Shown: positions 8,399 through 18,362, numbered from the stretch's first letter. The stretch: DNA of 64,000 nucleotides from Oscillospiraceae bacterium (GCA_024684395.1 JAIKWY010000094.1:10459-74458), one strand, 5' to 3'. Numbers and translations are program-made. The notes: generated by a model from the letters alone, not told the origin.

Positions 8399-9418
8399 AT
8401 GCTGATACTTGGAATCGAAAGCTCCTGCGACGAGACGGCTTGTGCCATCGTCGAGGGCTGTACAAAACTGCGGACGGATGTCATCGCATCGCAGGCGGCA
8501 GAACACCGGCAGTACGGCGGTGTCGTGCCGGAGCTGGCATCGCGGCGGCACTGCGAGAACATCCTCGCCGTCACACAGCAGGCACTCAAAGAAGCCGGCT
8601 GCACGGTGCATGACCTTGACGGCATCGCCGTGACCTATACCCCCGGTCTGATCGGGGCGCTGCTGGTCGGCGTGAGCTTTGCGAAGGGCTTGGCGCTCTC
8701 GGCAGGAAAGCCGCTCATCCCCGTGCATCACATCACCGGGCATATCGCCGCAAATTACTTAGCGCACCCGGAGCTCAAGCCGCCCTACCTCTGCCTTGTG
8801 GTCAGCGGCGGACATACGATGCTCTGCGAGGTCATGGACTACACGAAATTCCGCATCCTCGGCACGACCCGTGACGATGCGGCGGGCGAATGCTTCGACA
8901 AATGCGCCCGTGTGCTCGGCTATCCCTATCCGGGCGGCGTGCAGATCGACAAGGCTGCACAGACCGGCGACCCGAAGAAGTATCCCCTGCCCCGTCCGAG
9001 GGTGGCGGGGAGCGAGCTCGATTGCAGCTTCTCCGGTCTGAAAACGGCGGTCATCAACACCGTACACCATGCCGACCAGATCGGCGAGCCGGTCGATGCG
9101 GCTTCGATGGCAGCATCCTTGCAGCATACCGTCTCGGAGATCCTCACGGAAAAGACCGAGCTTGCCGCCGCACGCACCGGCTATACCACCATTGCGATGG
9201 CGGGCGGCGTGAGCGCCAATTCCGGTCTGCGCAGGTCGATGGAAGCCATGTGCAAAAAGCACGGCTATACGCTCTACATGCCGCCGCTCTCCCTCTGCGG
9301 CGACAATGCGGCGATGATCGCCTGTCAGGGCTCCTACAACCTCCTCGCCGGCATCACAGCCGATGCATCCCTGAACGCCTACGCCTCCAAAACGGCGATC
9401 GGGGAGATGGCGGAGTAA
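8399..9418 (+). CDS. tsaD: tRNA N6-adenosine threonylcarbamoyltransferase
   Basis: 339 aa. Motifs: LGIESSCDETACAIV, GGVVPELASRRH, PVHHITGH, VSGGHT. Confidence 0.96.
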   Translation: MLILGIESSCDETACAIVEGCTKLRTDVIASQAAEHRQYGGVVPELASRRHCENILAVTQQALKEAGCTVHDLDGIAVTYTPGLIGALLVGVSFAKGLALSAGKPLIPVHHITGHIAANYLAHPELKPPYLCLVVSGGHTMLCEVMDYTKFRILGTTRDDAAGECFDKCARVLGYPYPGGVQIDKAAQTGDPKKYPLPRPRVAGSELDCSFSGLKTAVINTVHHADQIGEPVDAASMAASLQHTVSEILTEKTELAAARTGYTTIAMAGGVSANSGLRRSMEAMCKKHGYTLYMPPLSLCGDNAAMIACQGSYNLLAGITADASLNAYASKTAIGEMAE

Positions 9419-9579
9419 AGCACCAGAGAAATCAAGATTAAGAAAAAGCAGGTGCAGGGGGCTGCGCCCCCTGCAAAAAAGCCCGCTCCTTGGGGAGGGG
9501 GTTGAGGGTGGGGGAAAAAGAGTGCTTTTTCTATTTGCTGAACCTACAAAATTTGATTCTTGGAAAGCGCTCCGGAACC

Positions 9580-9608
9580 TTGACATTCCCCCTCCGCTAT
9601 GCTATCAT
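9580..9608 (+). promoter_or_regulatory. sigma-A-type promoter (ABC-2 operon)
   Basis: TTGACA, 17 nt, TATCAT. Confidence 0.6.
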
Positions 9609-9651
9609 CATATCATACATCAAATTTACATCCGAAAGGAGTTGTATCTCT

Positions 9652-10383
9652 ATGTCAAACGCACTTGAAGTGCAGGGTCTCACCAAATCCTACGGCAAAA
9701 AGCTCGCCTGCGACCATGTCAGCTTCACGATCGGAGAGGGCGAGATCTTCGGTCTGATGGGCATGAACGGTGCCGGAAAGACCACGCTGCTCCGGATGCT
9801 GGCGACCTTGCTACAGCCTGATGAGGGCGATGCCGTCATCGCCGGTCACAGCGTCGTGAAGGAGCCCGACAAGGTACGTGCCAACATCTGCTATCTGCCC
9901 GATGAAGCGGGCGCCTACCGCAGCATGACCGGCCACAATTATCTGCGATTCATCGCAGGCCTCTATTTCGAGGATCCCAAAGCCCAGAAGGAATGCGTCC
10001 TCCGGGGCGAGGAGATCTGCGGGTTGGGCAATGCACTTACCTTCAAGATCAATACCTATTCCAGAGGCATGATCCGCAAGCTCGTGCTGGCACGCACCGT
10101 CATGACCAAGCCCCGCCTTGCCATCCTCGATGAGCCGACCAGCGGTCTGGATGTCCTCAATTCTCTCGACATCCGCAAGTCCATCCGCCGCTGCGCCGAT
10201 GAATACGGCACGGCATTTCTGCTCTCCTCCCATCATATGCAGGAGGTGCAGACCACCGCTGACCGTGGTGCGATCATGAAGGACGGTCACTTCTTAGCAG
10301 AGGGAACGCCCGAGGAGCTGCTCGAACGCTACCAGGCGAAGACCCTTGAGGAAGTCTTTGAAAGGGCGGTGAAGGGCGTATGA
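9652..10383 (+). CDS. ABC transporter ATP-binding protein
   Basis: Start trimmed to MSNALEVQGL behind AAAGGAG. Walker A is GMNGAGKTT, the signature is YSRGMIRK and Walker B is LAILDEPTSGLD. Confidence 0.92.
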   Translation: MSNALEVQGLTKSYGKKLACDHVSFTIGEGEIFGLMGMNGAGKTTLLRMLATLLQPDEGDAVIAGHSVVKEPDKVRANICYLPDEAGAYRSMTGHNYLRFIAGLYFEDPKAQKECVLRGEEICGLGNALTFKINTYSRGMIRKLVLARTVMTKPRLAILDEPTSGLDVLNSLDIRKSIRRCADEYGTAFLLSSHHMQEVQTTADRGAIMKDGHFLAEGTPEELLERYQAKTLEEVFERAVKGV

Positions 10384-11681
10384 TGCATCTTCTGAAAAAG
10401 GAACTCTCCGAGCTGCTCACCAAACAGATGCTCATCGGTCTGATCGTGAGCGTCGCCGTGATGTTCACACTCGGCTTTGCCATGCGGACAGCCTTCAATG
10501 TGGAGGATCTCTCGGGCGATACCATCCGTCTCATCGACGTGGACAGGACCGACTTCACCCAGAAGGTCGTTGACCGCCTGGAAGCGAAGGGCTACGAGGT
10601 CATCGTCGGCGTCTCCTTCGAGAAAAGCCTTGCACAGGACGGCTGGAAGAATGCCGTGGAGATCCCCGCCGGTCTGACCGACTCGCTGCTTACCCGGCAT
10701 GAGCCCGCCGAGCTCATCTCCCACACCTCCCTGACGACCGTGTCCGTCATGAGTCTCTCTATGGGCGGCAGCAGCGGGTGCGATGCCGTTGCAACAGCCA
10801 TCCGGGAGGAGCTGACGGCTGAGCTTTTCGGGAATGACTATGACTATCTGAACAGCCCCGTGACCGTGATGCCCCGCACCTATGCCAACGGCAAGAGCGC
10901 CGATGCCGACCCGAGCATGATCGTCAGCTCCGTGGCGATGTATGATATGTTCATGCCGCTCGTGCTGTTCTTGCTGGTGGTGCTGACCTCGCAGACGATC
11001 ATCGGTGCGATCGCCGTCGAAAAGACGGACAAGACGCTCGAAACGCTGCTCTCTGCGCCCGTCCCCCGCAGCCGCATCATCGGCGCCAAGATGCTTGCCG
11101 CTCTGATCGTGGCTCTCATCTATGCAGCGGTCTACGGCATCGGCTTCTTCGGCTTCATGCTGTTCACCGTCAGCAGCGGCGTGGATATGAACAACATGAA
11201 TGTCGGCGGTGCGTTCACCTCTCTGGTCGAGGCACATAACGCCGTGCAGACGCTCGGTCTGGAGATCACAGGGCTTGGCTGGCTCGGCGTCATCGCACAG
11301 CTCCTGCTGACGCTCGGCATCTCTCTGACCGCATCCATCATCCTCGGCGGACTGGTCGAGGATGCCAAGGGCTCCCAGACGGCAAGTATGCCCATCCTGT
11401 TCTGCACGATGTTCCCCTACATCCTGACGATGGTCACGGACATCCGCAGCATGGAGACCGGCACACGGCTGCTGCTCTATGCCGTGCCGTTCACGCACAC
11501 CTTCATCGCCACGAGCTGTATGCATTTCCATGACTACACGACCTTCTGGGGCGGACTGGCATATCAGGCGGTATTCCTTGCCGTTGTGACGGTCTTTGCC
11601 CTGAAGCTCTACAGCTCCGACCTTCTCTTCGTCAACTCCCGCACCCACCGTCTGCGGGCAAAGCGTAAGGCACAGGAGTGA
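10380..11681 (+). CDS. ABC-2 type transporter permease
   Basis: 433 aa. ATGA overlap with the ATPase gene. It has an N-terminal TM, a large extracytoplasmic loop and a C-terminal cluster of TM segments. Confidence 0.8.
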   Translation: MMHLLKKELSELLTKQMLIGLIVSVAVMFTLGFAMRTAFNVEDLSGDTIRLIDVDRTDFTQKVVDRLEAKGYEVIVGVSFEKSLAQDGWKNAVEIPAGLTDSLLTRHEPAELISHTSLTTVSVMSLSMGGSSGCDAVATAIREELTAELFGNDYDYLNSPVTVMPRTYANGKSADADPSMIVSSVAMYDMFMPLVLFLLVVLTSQTIIGAIAVEKTDKTLETLLSAPVPRSRIIGAKMLAALIVALIYAAVYGIGFFGFMLFTVSSGVDMNNMNVGGAFTSLVEAHNAVQTLGLEITGLGWLGVIAQLLLTLGISLTASIILGGLVEDAKGSQTASMPILFCTMFPYILTMVTDIRSMETGTRLLLYAVPFTHTFIATSCMHFHDYTTFWGGLAYQAVFLAVVTVFALKLYSSDLLFVNSRTHRLRAKRKAQE

Positions 11682-11696
11682 TCCATATCAGACACA

Positions 11697-11727
11697 GCCC
11701 CTCTGCCGGCGCAGAGGGGCTCTTTGT
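11697..11727 (+). terminator. intrinsic terminator after ABC-2 permease
   Basis: GCCCCTCTGC-CGGC-GCAGAGGGGC followed by TCTTTGT. Confidence 0.75.
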
Positions 11728-11754
11728 CATCTCCAAAGGGAAACAGCCAGTTGC

Positions 11755-11784
11755 TTGACCGCACCCGCTTTCCTATGCTATAAT
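11755..11784 (+). promoter_or_regulatory. sigma-A-type promoter (XRE/zinc-ribbon gene)
   Basis: TTGACC, 18 nt, TATAAT. Confidence 0.6.
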
Positions 11785-11806
11785 AAGCATAAAGGAGGGA
11801 TGCCGC

Positions 11807-12571
11807 ATGAAAACCCAGGAAATTCTCTACGAACTCCGCACCCAGAACGGCATGTCGCAGGATGCCCTTGCCGAGAAGGTCTTTGTCACCCGGCAGGCTG
11901 TTTCCCGGTGGGAAAACGGCGAAACGGTGCCGAATACCGAAACATTGAAGCTGCTCTCCGAGCTGTTCGGCGTGTCCATCAACACGCTGCTCGGTGCGCC
12001 GCAGGAGCGCATCTGCCAGTGCTGCGGGATGCCGCTCGAGGAAGCCATCATCAGCCGGGAGAAGGACGGCTCTGCCAACGACAGCTACTGCAAATGGTGC
12101 TATGCCGACGGCACCTATACCTACAGCGATATGGACGACCTGATCGAGGTCTGTGTGGCGCACATGAAGGACACCGGCAGACCTGAAGCAGAGATCCGTG
12201 CCTATCTGCGTGACAAGCTCCCGACGCTCGACTACTGGAAGCGCTATGAGGAGCTCAGCGACGGCGGACAGTTTGAAGCCTTCAAGCAGCAGCTCATGGA
12301 CGAGATCAATGCGCTGCACATCGAGGGGCTGCCCAAGGTCGAGAAGCTCAACGCCCTTGTCGGCAGCTATGTCAACCTCCCCTACCGCCTCCCGAACGGA
12401 CATACGGTGAAGTTCCTCGATGACAACACGACCTACCTCGGGAACCAGCTCCCGTGCGAATTCGGCGGCACCCGGTGCTTCGGCGTGCTTGCCAATATGG
12501 ACTTCATCTTGATCTGCACCTATGAGGAAAACGGCGAAGACCCCGAGCTCGTGCTCTACAAAAAGCGATAA
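11807..12571 (+). CDS. XRE-family HTH protein with zinc-ribbon and C-terminal domain
   Basis: HTH: NGMSQDALAEKVFVTRQAVSRWENG. Zinc ribbon: CQCCGMPL...YCKWCY. Confidence 0.8.
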   Translation: MKTQEILYELRTQNGMSQDALAEKVFVTRQAVSRWENGETVPNTETLKLLSELFGVSINTLLGAPQERICQCCGMPLEEAIISREKDGSANDSYCKWCYADGTYTYSDMDDLIEVCVAHMKDTGRPEAEIRAYLRDKLPTLDYWKRYEELSDGGQFEAFKQQLMDEINALHIEGLPKVEKLNALVGSYVNLPYRLPNGHTVKFLDDNTTYLGNQLPCEFGGTRCFGVLANMDFILICTYEENGEDPELVLYKKR

Positions 12572-12577
12572 ACGCCC

Positions 12578-12612
12578 CTGCGCAGGCTCGTGAGCAGTCT
12601 GCGCAGTTTTTT
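12578..12612 (+). terminator. intrinsic terminator
   Basis: CTGCGCAG-13 nt-CTGCGCAG followed by TTTTTT. Confidence 0.7.
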
Positions 12613-12772
12613 ACGCAGATCAGATTTCAGGAGATCAACGTGCAGGATCACTAAAAAGCTGCCCCCTCCGTCGCCGAACAGCGGCGGAGGGGGCGGCTGT
12701 CGAGAGATCTGTCCTGAAAAATGCACTTTAGCAGAGTAAATTCTTTTACCGTGGGATTTTTTTGTTCTCTCC

Positions 12773-12801
12773 TTGACAAACCCTCCCGCATGTAGTATAA
12801 T
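12773..12801 (+). promoter_or_regulatory. sigma-A-type promoter (amidase-like/queH)
   Basis: TTGACA, 17 nt, TATAAT. Confidence 0.7.
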
Positions 12802-12853
12802 AAGTAGGTATGGATATTACCCCGCAGAGGGACAGATAAAGGAGAACTGCACT

Positions 12854-13678
12854 ATGGAGAACCGGAACGACTTCAAAAGCCTGATGAAGCGGGCAAGATG
12901 GGACAGACTCTTCGGCGCACTGATCGTGCTCGTGCTGCTGATCATCCTGATCGTATGCATCTGCCGGTCCTGCTCCAAGAAAAAGGAGCCCCCGCAGCCC
13001 ACGACTTCCATCGTCGATCCTGTTACCACAGAACCGACCACCGAAGCCCACAAGAATAACAGCAAGTCGGTCTTCCTCAGCCCCTCCAACGAGGGCGACA
13101 AGTATTTCGCCTGTGATGACAGCGTCACCGAGAAGGCAGCTATGGCAGATCTTGCCGATGCCGTGCGCATCCTGCTCGAAACAGAGGGTTATACCGTCTA
13201 TATGAGCGATCCGGACGACAATGTCAAGGCAAAGGTCACCAAGGGCAACGAGCTCGGCTGCGGTGCTTATGTGGCACTGCACACCTATGACAGCAGCGTT
13301 CCCGGTTCCGTGATCGGTCCGCAGGTCGTCTGCAATGACAGCGTTGCCGGCAGCCGTGCGCTCGCTGAGAACATCTACAACCGCATCAACGAGCTGACCG
13401 AAGCGGACGGCAGCGGCTTCATCGAGAAGGATCTGTATGAGATCCTCAACAACCGCTATCCCTGCTGCTCCATCGAGATCGACGCCCATGACGATGTAGA
13501 GACCTCCCAATGGATCCTGGACAACAAGGATGCCCTTGCCAAGGCGATCAAGAACGGCATCATCGCCTATCTGAATGCTGCCGATGCCGAAGCTCACCCG
13601 GAGGAGAGCACAGCCGTCACCGAAGAGGGCGAAGCCGAGGAAAGCGCCGCTGGGGGCGGTGCCGGTGAGGAAGAATGA
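12854..13678 (+). CDS. membrane-anchored Amidase_3-like cell-wall protein (catalytic residues look divergent)
   Basis: Start trimmed to MENRNDF behind AAAGGAGAA. It has an N-terminal TM, then FLSPSNEGD...YVALHTYDS...CSIEIDAHDD. This resembles the LSPSxQ/HSNA clostridial amidase subfamily. Confidence 0.55.
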   Translation: MENRNDFKSLMKRARWDRLFGALIVLVLLIILIVCICRSCSKKKEPPQPTTSIVDPVTTEPTTEAHKNNSKSVFLSPSNEGDKYFACDDSVTEKAAMADLADAVRILLETEGYTVYMSDPDDNVKAKVTKGNELGCGAYVALHTYDSSVPGSVIGPQVVCNDSVAGSRALAENIYNRINELTEADGSGFIEKDLYEILNNRYPCCSIEIDAHDDVETSQWILDNKDALAKAIKNGIIAYLNAADAEAHPEESTAVTEEGEAEESAAGGGAGEEE

Positions 13679-14304
13679 CCGGCAAGCGCAACTATCAGCG
13701 TGAAATGGATGAGATCTTACATGCGTCGGAGACCCCGGCGCATGTTCTGCTCCATGCCTGCTGTGCGCCCTGTTCGAGCGCCTGCCTGGAGCGTATCGCC
13801 GACCGTGCGAAGATCACGCTGTTTTTCTACAACCCGAACATCATCCCGGAGGAGGAGTATCAGTTCCGTCTTGCCGAGCTGCGGCGGCTCGTGCAGGAAA
13901 TGCCGCTCCCCGGCGAACCTGTGGCAGTCCTGGAAGGGCGCTACGACCCGGAGCGCTTCCTTGCCTTTGCCAAGGATATGGCAGACCTCCCGGAGCGTGG
14001 CGAGCGCTGCCGTCTGTGCATCCGGATGCGGCTCATGGAAGCGGCACTGACAGCGAAGGAGATCGGAGCAGACTATTTCGCCACCACCCTGACCCTCAGC
14101 CCGCACAAGGATGCACCCTATATCAACGAAGCAGGCTTTGCCATTGCAGAGGAGACCGGCGTTGCCTGGCTGCCGTCGGATTTCAAGAAGCAGGAGGGCT
14201 ATAAGCGCTCGATCGAGCTGTCGAAGCAGTACGACCTGTACCGCCAGAACTTCTGCGGCTGCCCGTTTTCCAGAAAGAATGCACAGGATGCTTCTGCTGA
14301 CTGA
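13675..14304 (+). CDS. queH: epoxyqueuosine reductase QueH (DUF208)
   Basis: Motifs: HACCAPCS, RCRLCIRMRL, TTLTLSPHKD, NFCGCPFS. Confidence 0.88.
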   Translation: MTGKRNYQREMDEILHASETPAHVLLHACCAPCSSACLERIADRAKITLFFYNPNIIPEEEYQFRLAELRRLVQEMPLPGEPVAVLEGRYDPERFLAFAKDMADLPERGERCRLCIRMRLMEAALTAKEIGADYFATTLTLSPHKDAPYINEAGFAIAEETGVAWLPSDFKKQEGYKRSIELSKQYDLYRQNFCGCPFSRKNAQDASAD

Positions 14305-14324
14305 TATTTTTTTCCAGCCCCCAA

Positions 14325-14352
14325 CCTCCCGTCCAAAACCCGGGAGGTTTTC
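14325..14352 (+). terminator. intrinsic terminator after queH
   Basis: CCTCCCG-loop-CGGGAGG followed by TTTT. Confidence 0.7.
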
Positions 14353-14423
14353 TCATAAATTCAGCAATCCCGCATCCCTTTTCTTGTGCATCCTGCCAAA
14401 AATAAAAAAAGCTGTCAAGTCAC

Positions 14424-14452
14424 TTGACTTTCCACCCGAAGTGTGGTATACT
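14424..14452 (+). promoter_or_regulatory. sigma-A-type promoter (ylxM-ffh)
   Basis: TTGACT, 17 nt, TATACT, with TG at -15/-14. Confidence 0.65.
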
Positions 14453-14494
14453 ATTCAAGGTATGGAAAGCAGTATTACTTGACACCCGGAGGGC

Positions 14495-14836
14495 ATGGCA
14501 ATGGCAGCAAATGAAAAAAAGCTGGATTACGGCTTCGTCCGGATGTTCGACTGCTACAAAGGGCTTCTGACCGACCGGCAGCGGGATGTCATGGAGCTGT
14601 ACTATAACGAGGACTATTCCCTGTCCGAGATCGCATCCGTGCTGGGCATCACCCGTCAGGCGGTGAGCGACAGCCTGCGGCATTCAAGGGCGATCTTGCA
14701 GGACACCGAGGAAAAGCTCGGGCTCGCAGGGCGCATGGATGCGCTGCGGGGCGTTCTGAGCGAGCTGCGGGAGACCGCCGGCGACGGCGACTGCGCCGTT
14801 CTTGCCGAAAAGGCGCTTGGACTGCTCGACGGCTGA
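14495..14836 (+). CDS. ylxM: YlxM/UPF0122 putative DNA-binding protein
   Basis: 113 aa. Sigma-70 region-4-like HTH: YYNEDYSLSEIASVLGITRQAVSDSL. It lies immediately upstream of ffh. A second ATG at 14501 is an alternative start. Confidence 0.88.
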   Translation: MAMAANEKKLDYGFVRMFDCYKGLLTDRQRDVMELYYNEDYSLSEIASVLGITRQAVSDSLRHSRAILQDTEEKLGLAGRMDALRGVLSELRETAGDGDCAVLAEKALGLLDG

Positions 14837-14888
14837 GCGGCATTCCTCTTTTCTATCCAAACTAACTTCTGATAAGGTGGCGATCTGC

Positions 14889-16277
14889 ATGGCATTTGAA
14901 GGCCTTTCCGATAAGCTGAGTAAAGTATTCAAAAAGCTGAAATCCCACGGCAAGCTCACTGAGAGCGATGTCAAGGAGGCCATGCGTGAGGTGCGCCTTG
15001 CGCTCCTCGAAGCCGATGTCAGCTACAAGGTCGTTAAGGACTTCGTTGCCAAGGTCACAGAGAAGGCAGTCGGCGAGGAGGTACTCTCCAGTCTGACCCC
15101 TGCACAGCAGGTCGTCAAGATCGTCAACGAAGAGCTCATCGACCTCATGGGCAATGACAATGCCCGTATCAACGAGGCATCCAAGCCGCCCACGATCATC
15201 ATGATGTGCGGTCTCCAGGGCTCCGGTAAGACGACACATTCGGCAAAGCTCGCTAAGATGCTCAAGAATGACGGTCATCGCCCGATGCTCGCTGCCTGCG
15301 ACATCTACCGTCCGGCTGCGATCCAGCAGTTACAGGTCGTTGGTGAGAAGGCAGGCGTCAAGGTCTTTGAGATGGGGCAGATCAACCCCGTGGAAATTGC
15401 CGAGAAGGCTGTCCGCTATGCGCAGGACTATGGTCATGACTATGTGATCCTCGATACAGCCGGCCGTCTGCACATCGACACGGCGCTGATGGAAGAGCTC
15501 CAGAACATCAAGGCTGCGGTATCGCCGGACGAGATCATGCTCGTGGTCGATGCCATGACCGGTCAGGATGCCGTCAACGTGGCGAAGGCATTTGACGATG
15601 CGCTCGGCATCGACAGTGTGCTGATGTCCAAGCTCGATTCCGATACCAGAGGCGGTGCGGCACTGTCCGTGCTTGCCGTTACCGGTAAGCCCATCAAATT
15701 CGTGGGCATGGGCGAAAAGCTCGATGATTTTGAAAGATTCCATCCCTCCCGTATGGCATCCCGTATCCTCGGCATGGGCGACGTGCTCTCGCTCATCGAG
15801 CGTGCTGAGACGGTCATTGACCAGAAGGAAGCGGAAAAGCTCACCAAGAAGCTCCAGAATTCGGAGTTTGACATGAACGATCTCCTCGATCAGCTCCGCC
15901 AGATCAAGAAGATGGGCTCGCTGAAATCCATCGTGTCCATGTTCCCCGGCGGCGACAAGATCCCGGAGGATCAGCTCGATGACAGCCAGTTCGGTCGTCT
16001 CGAAGCGCTCATCACGTCCATGACCCCGGAGGAGCGCATGAAGCCCTCGATCATCAATCCCTCCCGGAAGCGCAGGATCGCAGCCGGCAGCGGCAACAAG
16101 GTCGAGGATGTCAACCGCCTGCTCAAACAGTTCGAGCAGATGAAGAAGGCAATGAAGAAATTCGGCGGCAAGGCAAAGGGCGGCAAGGGCAGCAAGGCAA
16201 TGCTGCGTCAGGCACGCCGTGCAATGGCAGGCATGAATTTCGACAATCTCCCGGGCGTTGGTCCCATCAAGAAGTAA
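14889..16277 (+). CDS. ffh: signal recognition particle protein
   Basis: Start trimmed to MAFEGLSDKLSKVFKKL. GTPase motifs are GLQGSGKTT, DTAGR and SKLD. The M-domain and a basic tail are present. Confidence 0.96.
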   Translation: MAFEGLSDKLSKVFKKLKSHGKLTESDVKEAMREVRLALLEADVSYKVVKDFVAKVTEKAVGEEVLSSLTPAQQVVKIVNEELIDLMGNDNARINEASKPPTIIMMCGLQGSGKTTHSAKLAKMLKNDGHRPMLAACDIYRPAAIQQLQVVGEKAGVKVFEMGQINPVEIAEKAVRYAQDYGHDYVILDTAGRLHIDTALMEELQNIKAAVSPDEIMLVVDAMTGQDAVNVAKAFDDALGIDSVLMSKLDSDTRGGAALSVLAVTGKPIKFVGMGEKLDDFERFHPSRMASRILGMGDVLSLIERAETVIDQKEAEKLTKKLQNSEFDMNDLLDQLRQIKKMGSLKSIVSMFPGGDKIPEDQLDDSQFGRLEALITSMTPEERMKPSIINPSRKRRIAAGSGNKVEDVNRLLKQFEQMKKAMKKFGGKAKGGKGSKAMLRQARRAMAGMNFDNLPGVGPIKK

Positions 16278-16477
16278 ATCACAACACGTTCAAAATGCAC
16301 CTGAACTATCCTGAACGATCTGCACAAAAGATGCGGGTGCAGGGCGGTCACCGCCCTGCCGAGGGTGGTTTAGGAGGGGCGAGCAGCCCCTCCTGAGTCG
16401 GCGTTAGCCGACAAAAATGCTATCAATGCGGTTCCCCGCTTGATATATATGATTTTAATTGTGAGAGGTGAATACAA

Positions 16478-16720
16478 ATGGCAGTAAAGATCAGACTGAG
16501 AAGAATGGGCGCTAAGAAGGCTCCGTTCTATCGTGTAGTCGTAGCTGACTCCCGTTATCCGAGAGACGGCCGCTTCATCGAGGAGATCGGTTACTATGAT
16601 CCGACCAAGGAGCCGAGCGTTGTGAACATCGACGCTGACAAGGCTAAGGCATGGATCGCAAAGGGCGCACAGCCGACCGATACCGTGAAGAACATCCTGA
16701 AGAAGGAGGGCGTTCTGTAA
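16478..16720 (+). CDS. rpsP: 30S ribosomal protein S16
   Basis: Begins [26 protein letters not shown]. Confidence 0.97.
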   Translation: MAVKIRLRRMGAKKAPFYRVVVADSRYPRDGRFIEEIGYYDPTKEPSVVNIDADKAKAWIAKGAQPTDTVKNILKKEGVL

Positions 16721-16872
16721 GAATTACAGAGCCCATGACTGCGAAACGGGAGGAGGCACATCTGCGCCTCTTCTCCGGTACTCGCAACAAGCGAATTTCA
16801 AGAAAAACAGCACGGAGCACGGCTCCTGCGGCTGTTCTTCTTTTCCAAAATATCCACAAGCTGGAGGTCACT

Positions 16873-17109
16873 ATGAAAGAGTTATTATATGCCATCGTTG
16901 CCGGTCTGGTGGACAACAAGGATGCCATCGAGATCACCCAGGACGAGCCGAATGAGGAAGGCGTGATCGTATTCCATCTGCATGTGGCAGAGGACGACAT
17001 GGGCAGAGTCATCGGCAAGCAGGGCAGGATCGCCAAGGCCATCCGTACCATCATGCGTTCCGGTGCCGCAAGAAACGGCATGGACAACATCGCTGTTGAG
17101 ATCGGCTGA
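16873..17109 (+). CDS. KH-domain RNA-binding protein (YlqC-like)
   Basis: Start trimmed to MKELLYAIV behind GGAGG. GxxG motif: GRVIGKQGRIAKAIR. Confidence 0.9.
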   Translation: MKELLYAIVAGLVDNKDAIEITQDEPNEEGVIVFHLHVAEDDMGRVIGKQGRIAKAIRTIMRSGAARNGMDNIAVEIG

Positions 17110-17122
17110 TCCCGGAGGAAGC

Positions 17123-17647
17123 ATGGGACAAAAGCGATTTTTGGAAATAGGAAAGATCACAAACGTCCATGGTCTGCACGGGGAGGTCAAGGTCTACCCC
17201 TGGTGTGACGATGCGGCGTTTTTGTGTTCGTTTGATACGCTGTACACCGACAAGGCGGGCAAGAAGCCCGTGGAGATCGTCCGGGCAAGAGTACAGCAGA
17301 ACATGGTCATTTTGCAGTTTGCCGGCTGTGATACCCGTGAGCAGGCGGAAGCCCTGCGGAACACTGTCCTGTATATGGACAGGGACGATGTGGAGCTGGA
17401 GGAAGGCTGCTACTTCATCCAGGATCTCATCGGTCTGAAGGCTGTCGATGCCGACACCGGCAAGGAATGGGGCGTCATCCAGGACGTGATGCAGACCGGC
17501 GCCAATGATGTATACAGCATCTGGAACGAGCAGGAGAAGAAGGAATACCTTGCCCCTGCCATCCCGGAGGTCGTGCTGGATACGGACATCGAAGCCGGGA
17601 TCATGACGATCCGACCTTTGAAGGGGCTGTTTGATGATGCGGATTGA
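17123..17647 (+). CDS. rimM: 16S rRNA processing protein RimM
   Basis: Start trimmed to MGQKRFLEIGKITNVHGLHGEVKV. The C-terminus is PRC-barrel-like. The position before trmD is the conserved one. Confidence 0.92.
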   Translation: MGQKRFLEIGKITNVHGLHGEVKVYPWCDDAAFLCSFDTLYTDKAGKKPVEIVRARVQQNMVILQFAGCDTREQAEALRNTVLYMDRDDVELEEGCYFIQDLIGLKAVDADTGKEWGVIQDVMQTGANDVYSIWNEQEKKEYLAPAIPEVVLDTDIEAGIMTIRPLKGLFDDAD

Positions 17648-18362
17648 GATCGCCACGCTGTTCCCGGAGATGTGCGAGGCATACCTCTCCGAGAGCATCA
17701 TCGGCAGAGCAAGAAAAGCCGGACGTCTCGACATCCGCTGCCGGAACATCCGGGACTACACCCTTGACAAGCACCGCCGTGTGGATGACAAGCCCTTCGG
17801 CGGCGGCATGGGCATGGTGATGCAGGCGGAGCCGATCTATCGCTGCTGGCAGGCGGCATGTGAGGAGATGGGCGAGCGCCCGCACACGATCTATCTCTCC
17901 CCGCAGGGCAAGACCCTGACGCAGGCAAAAGCCGTGGAGCTGCTTGAAAAAAGCCCGCTGTTCCTGCTGTGCGGGCATTACGAGGGCGTGGATCAGCGCG
18001 TGCTGGACAAGATCGTGGACGAGGAGATCTCGGTCGGGGACTATGTGCTCACCGGCGGCGAGCTGCCGGCGCTGATTTTGACGGATGCCATCGGACGGAT
18101 GTGCCCGGGCGTGCTACCGGCGGCAGTGGCATTTGAAGACGAGAGCCACTTCTCCGGTCTGCTCGAACATCCCCAGTATACCCGCCCGGAGATCTGGGAG
18201 GACATGGCAGTGCCCCCGATCTTGCTTTCGGGGCATCACCGGAACATCACTTTGTGGCAAAAAGAGCAAAGTCTGCTCGTCACAAAAGAGAAACGCCCGG
18301 AGATGTACGAGACATATCTGGCACAAAAGGAAAAAGAGCAGAATGATATGGGTGATATGTAA
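17631..18362 (+). CDS. trmD: tRNA (guanine37-N1)-methyltransferase
   Basis: Motifs: IATLFPEM, DDKPFGGGMGMVM, LLCGHYEGVDQRV, SVGDYVLTGGELPA. Confidence 0.96.
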   Translation: MMMRIEIATLFPEMCEAYLSESIIGRARKAGRLDIRCRNIRDYTLDKHRRVDDKPFGGGMGMVMQAEPIYRCWQAACEEMGERPHTIYLSPQGKTLTQAKAVELLEKSPLFLLCGHYEGVDQRVLDKIVDEEISVGDYVLTGGELPALILTDAIGRMCPGVLPAAVAFEDESHFSGLLEHPQYTRPEIWEDMAVPPILLSGHHRNITLWQKEQSLLVTKEKRPEMYETYLAQKEKEQNDMGDM

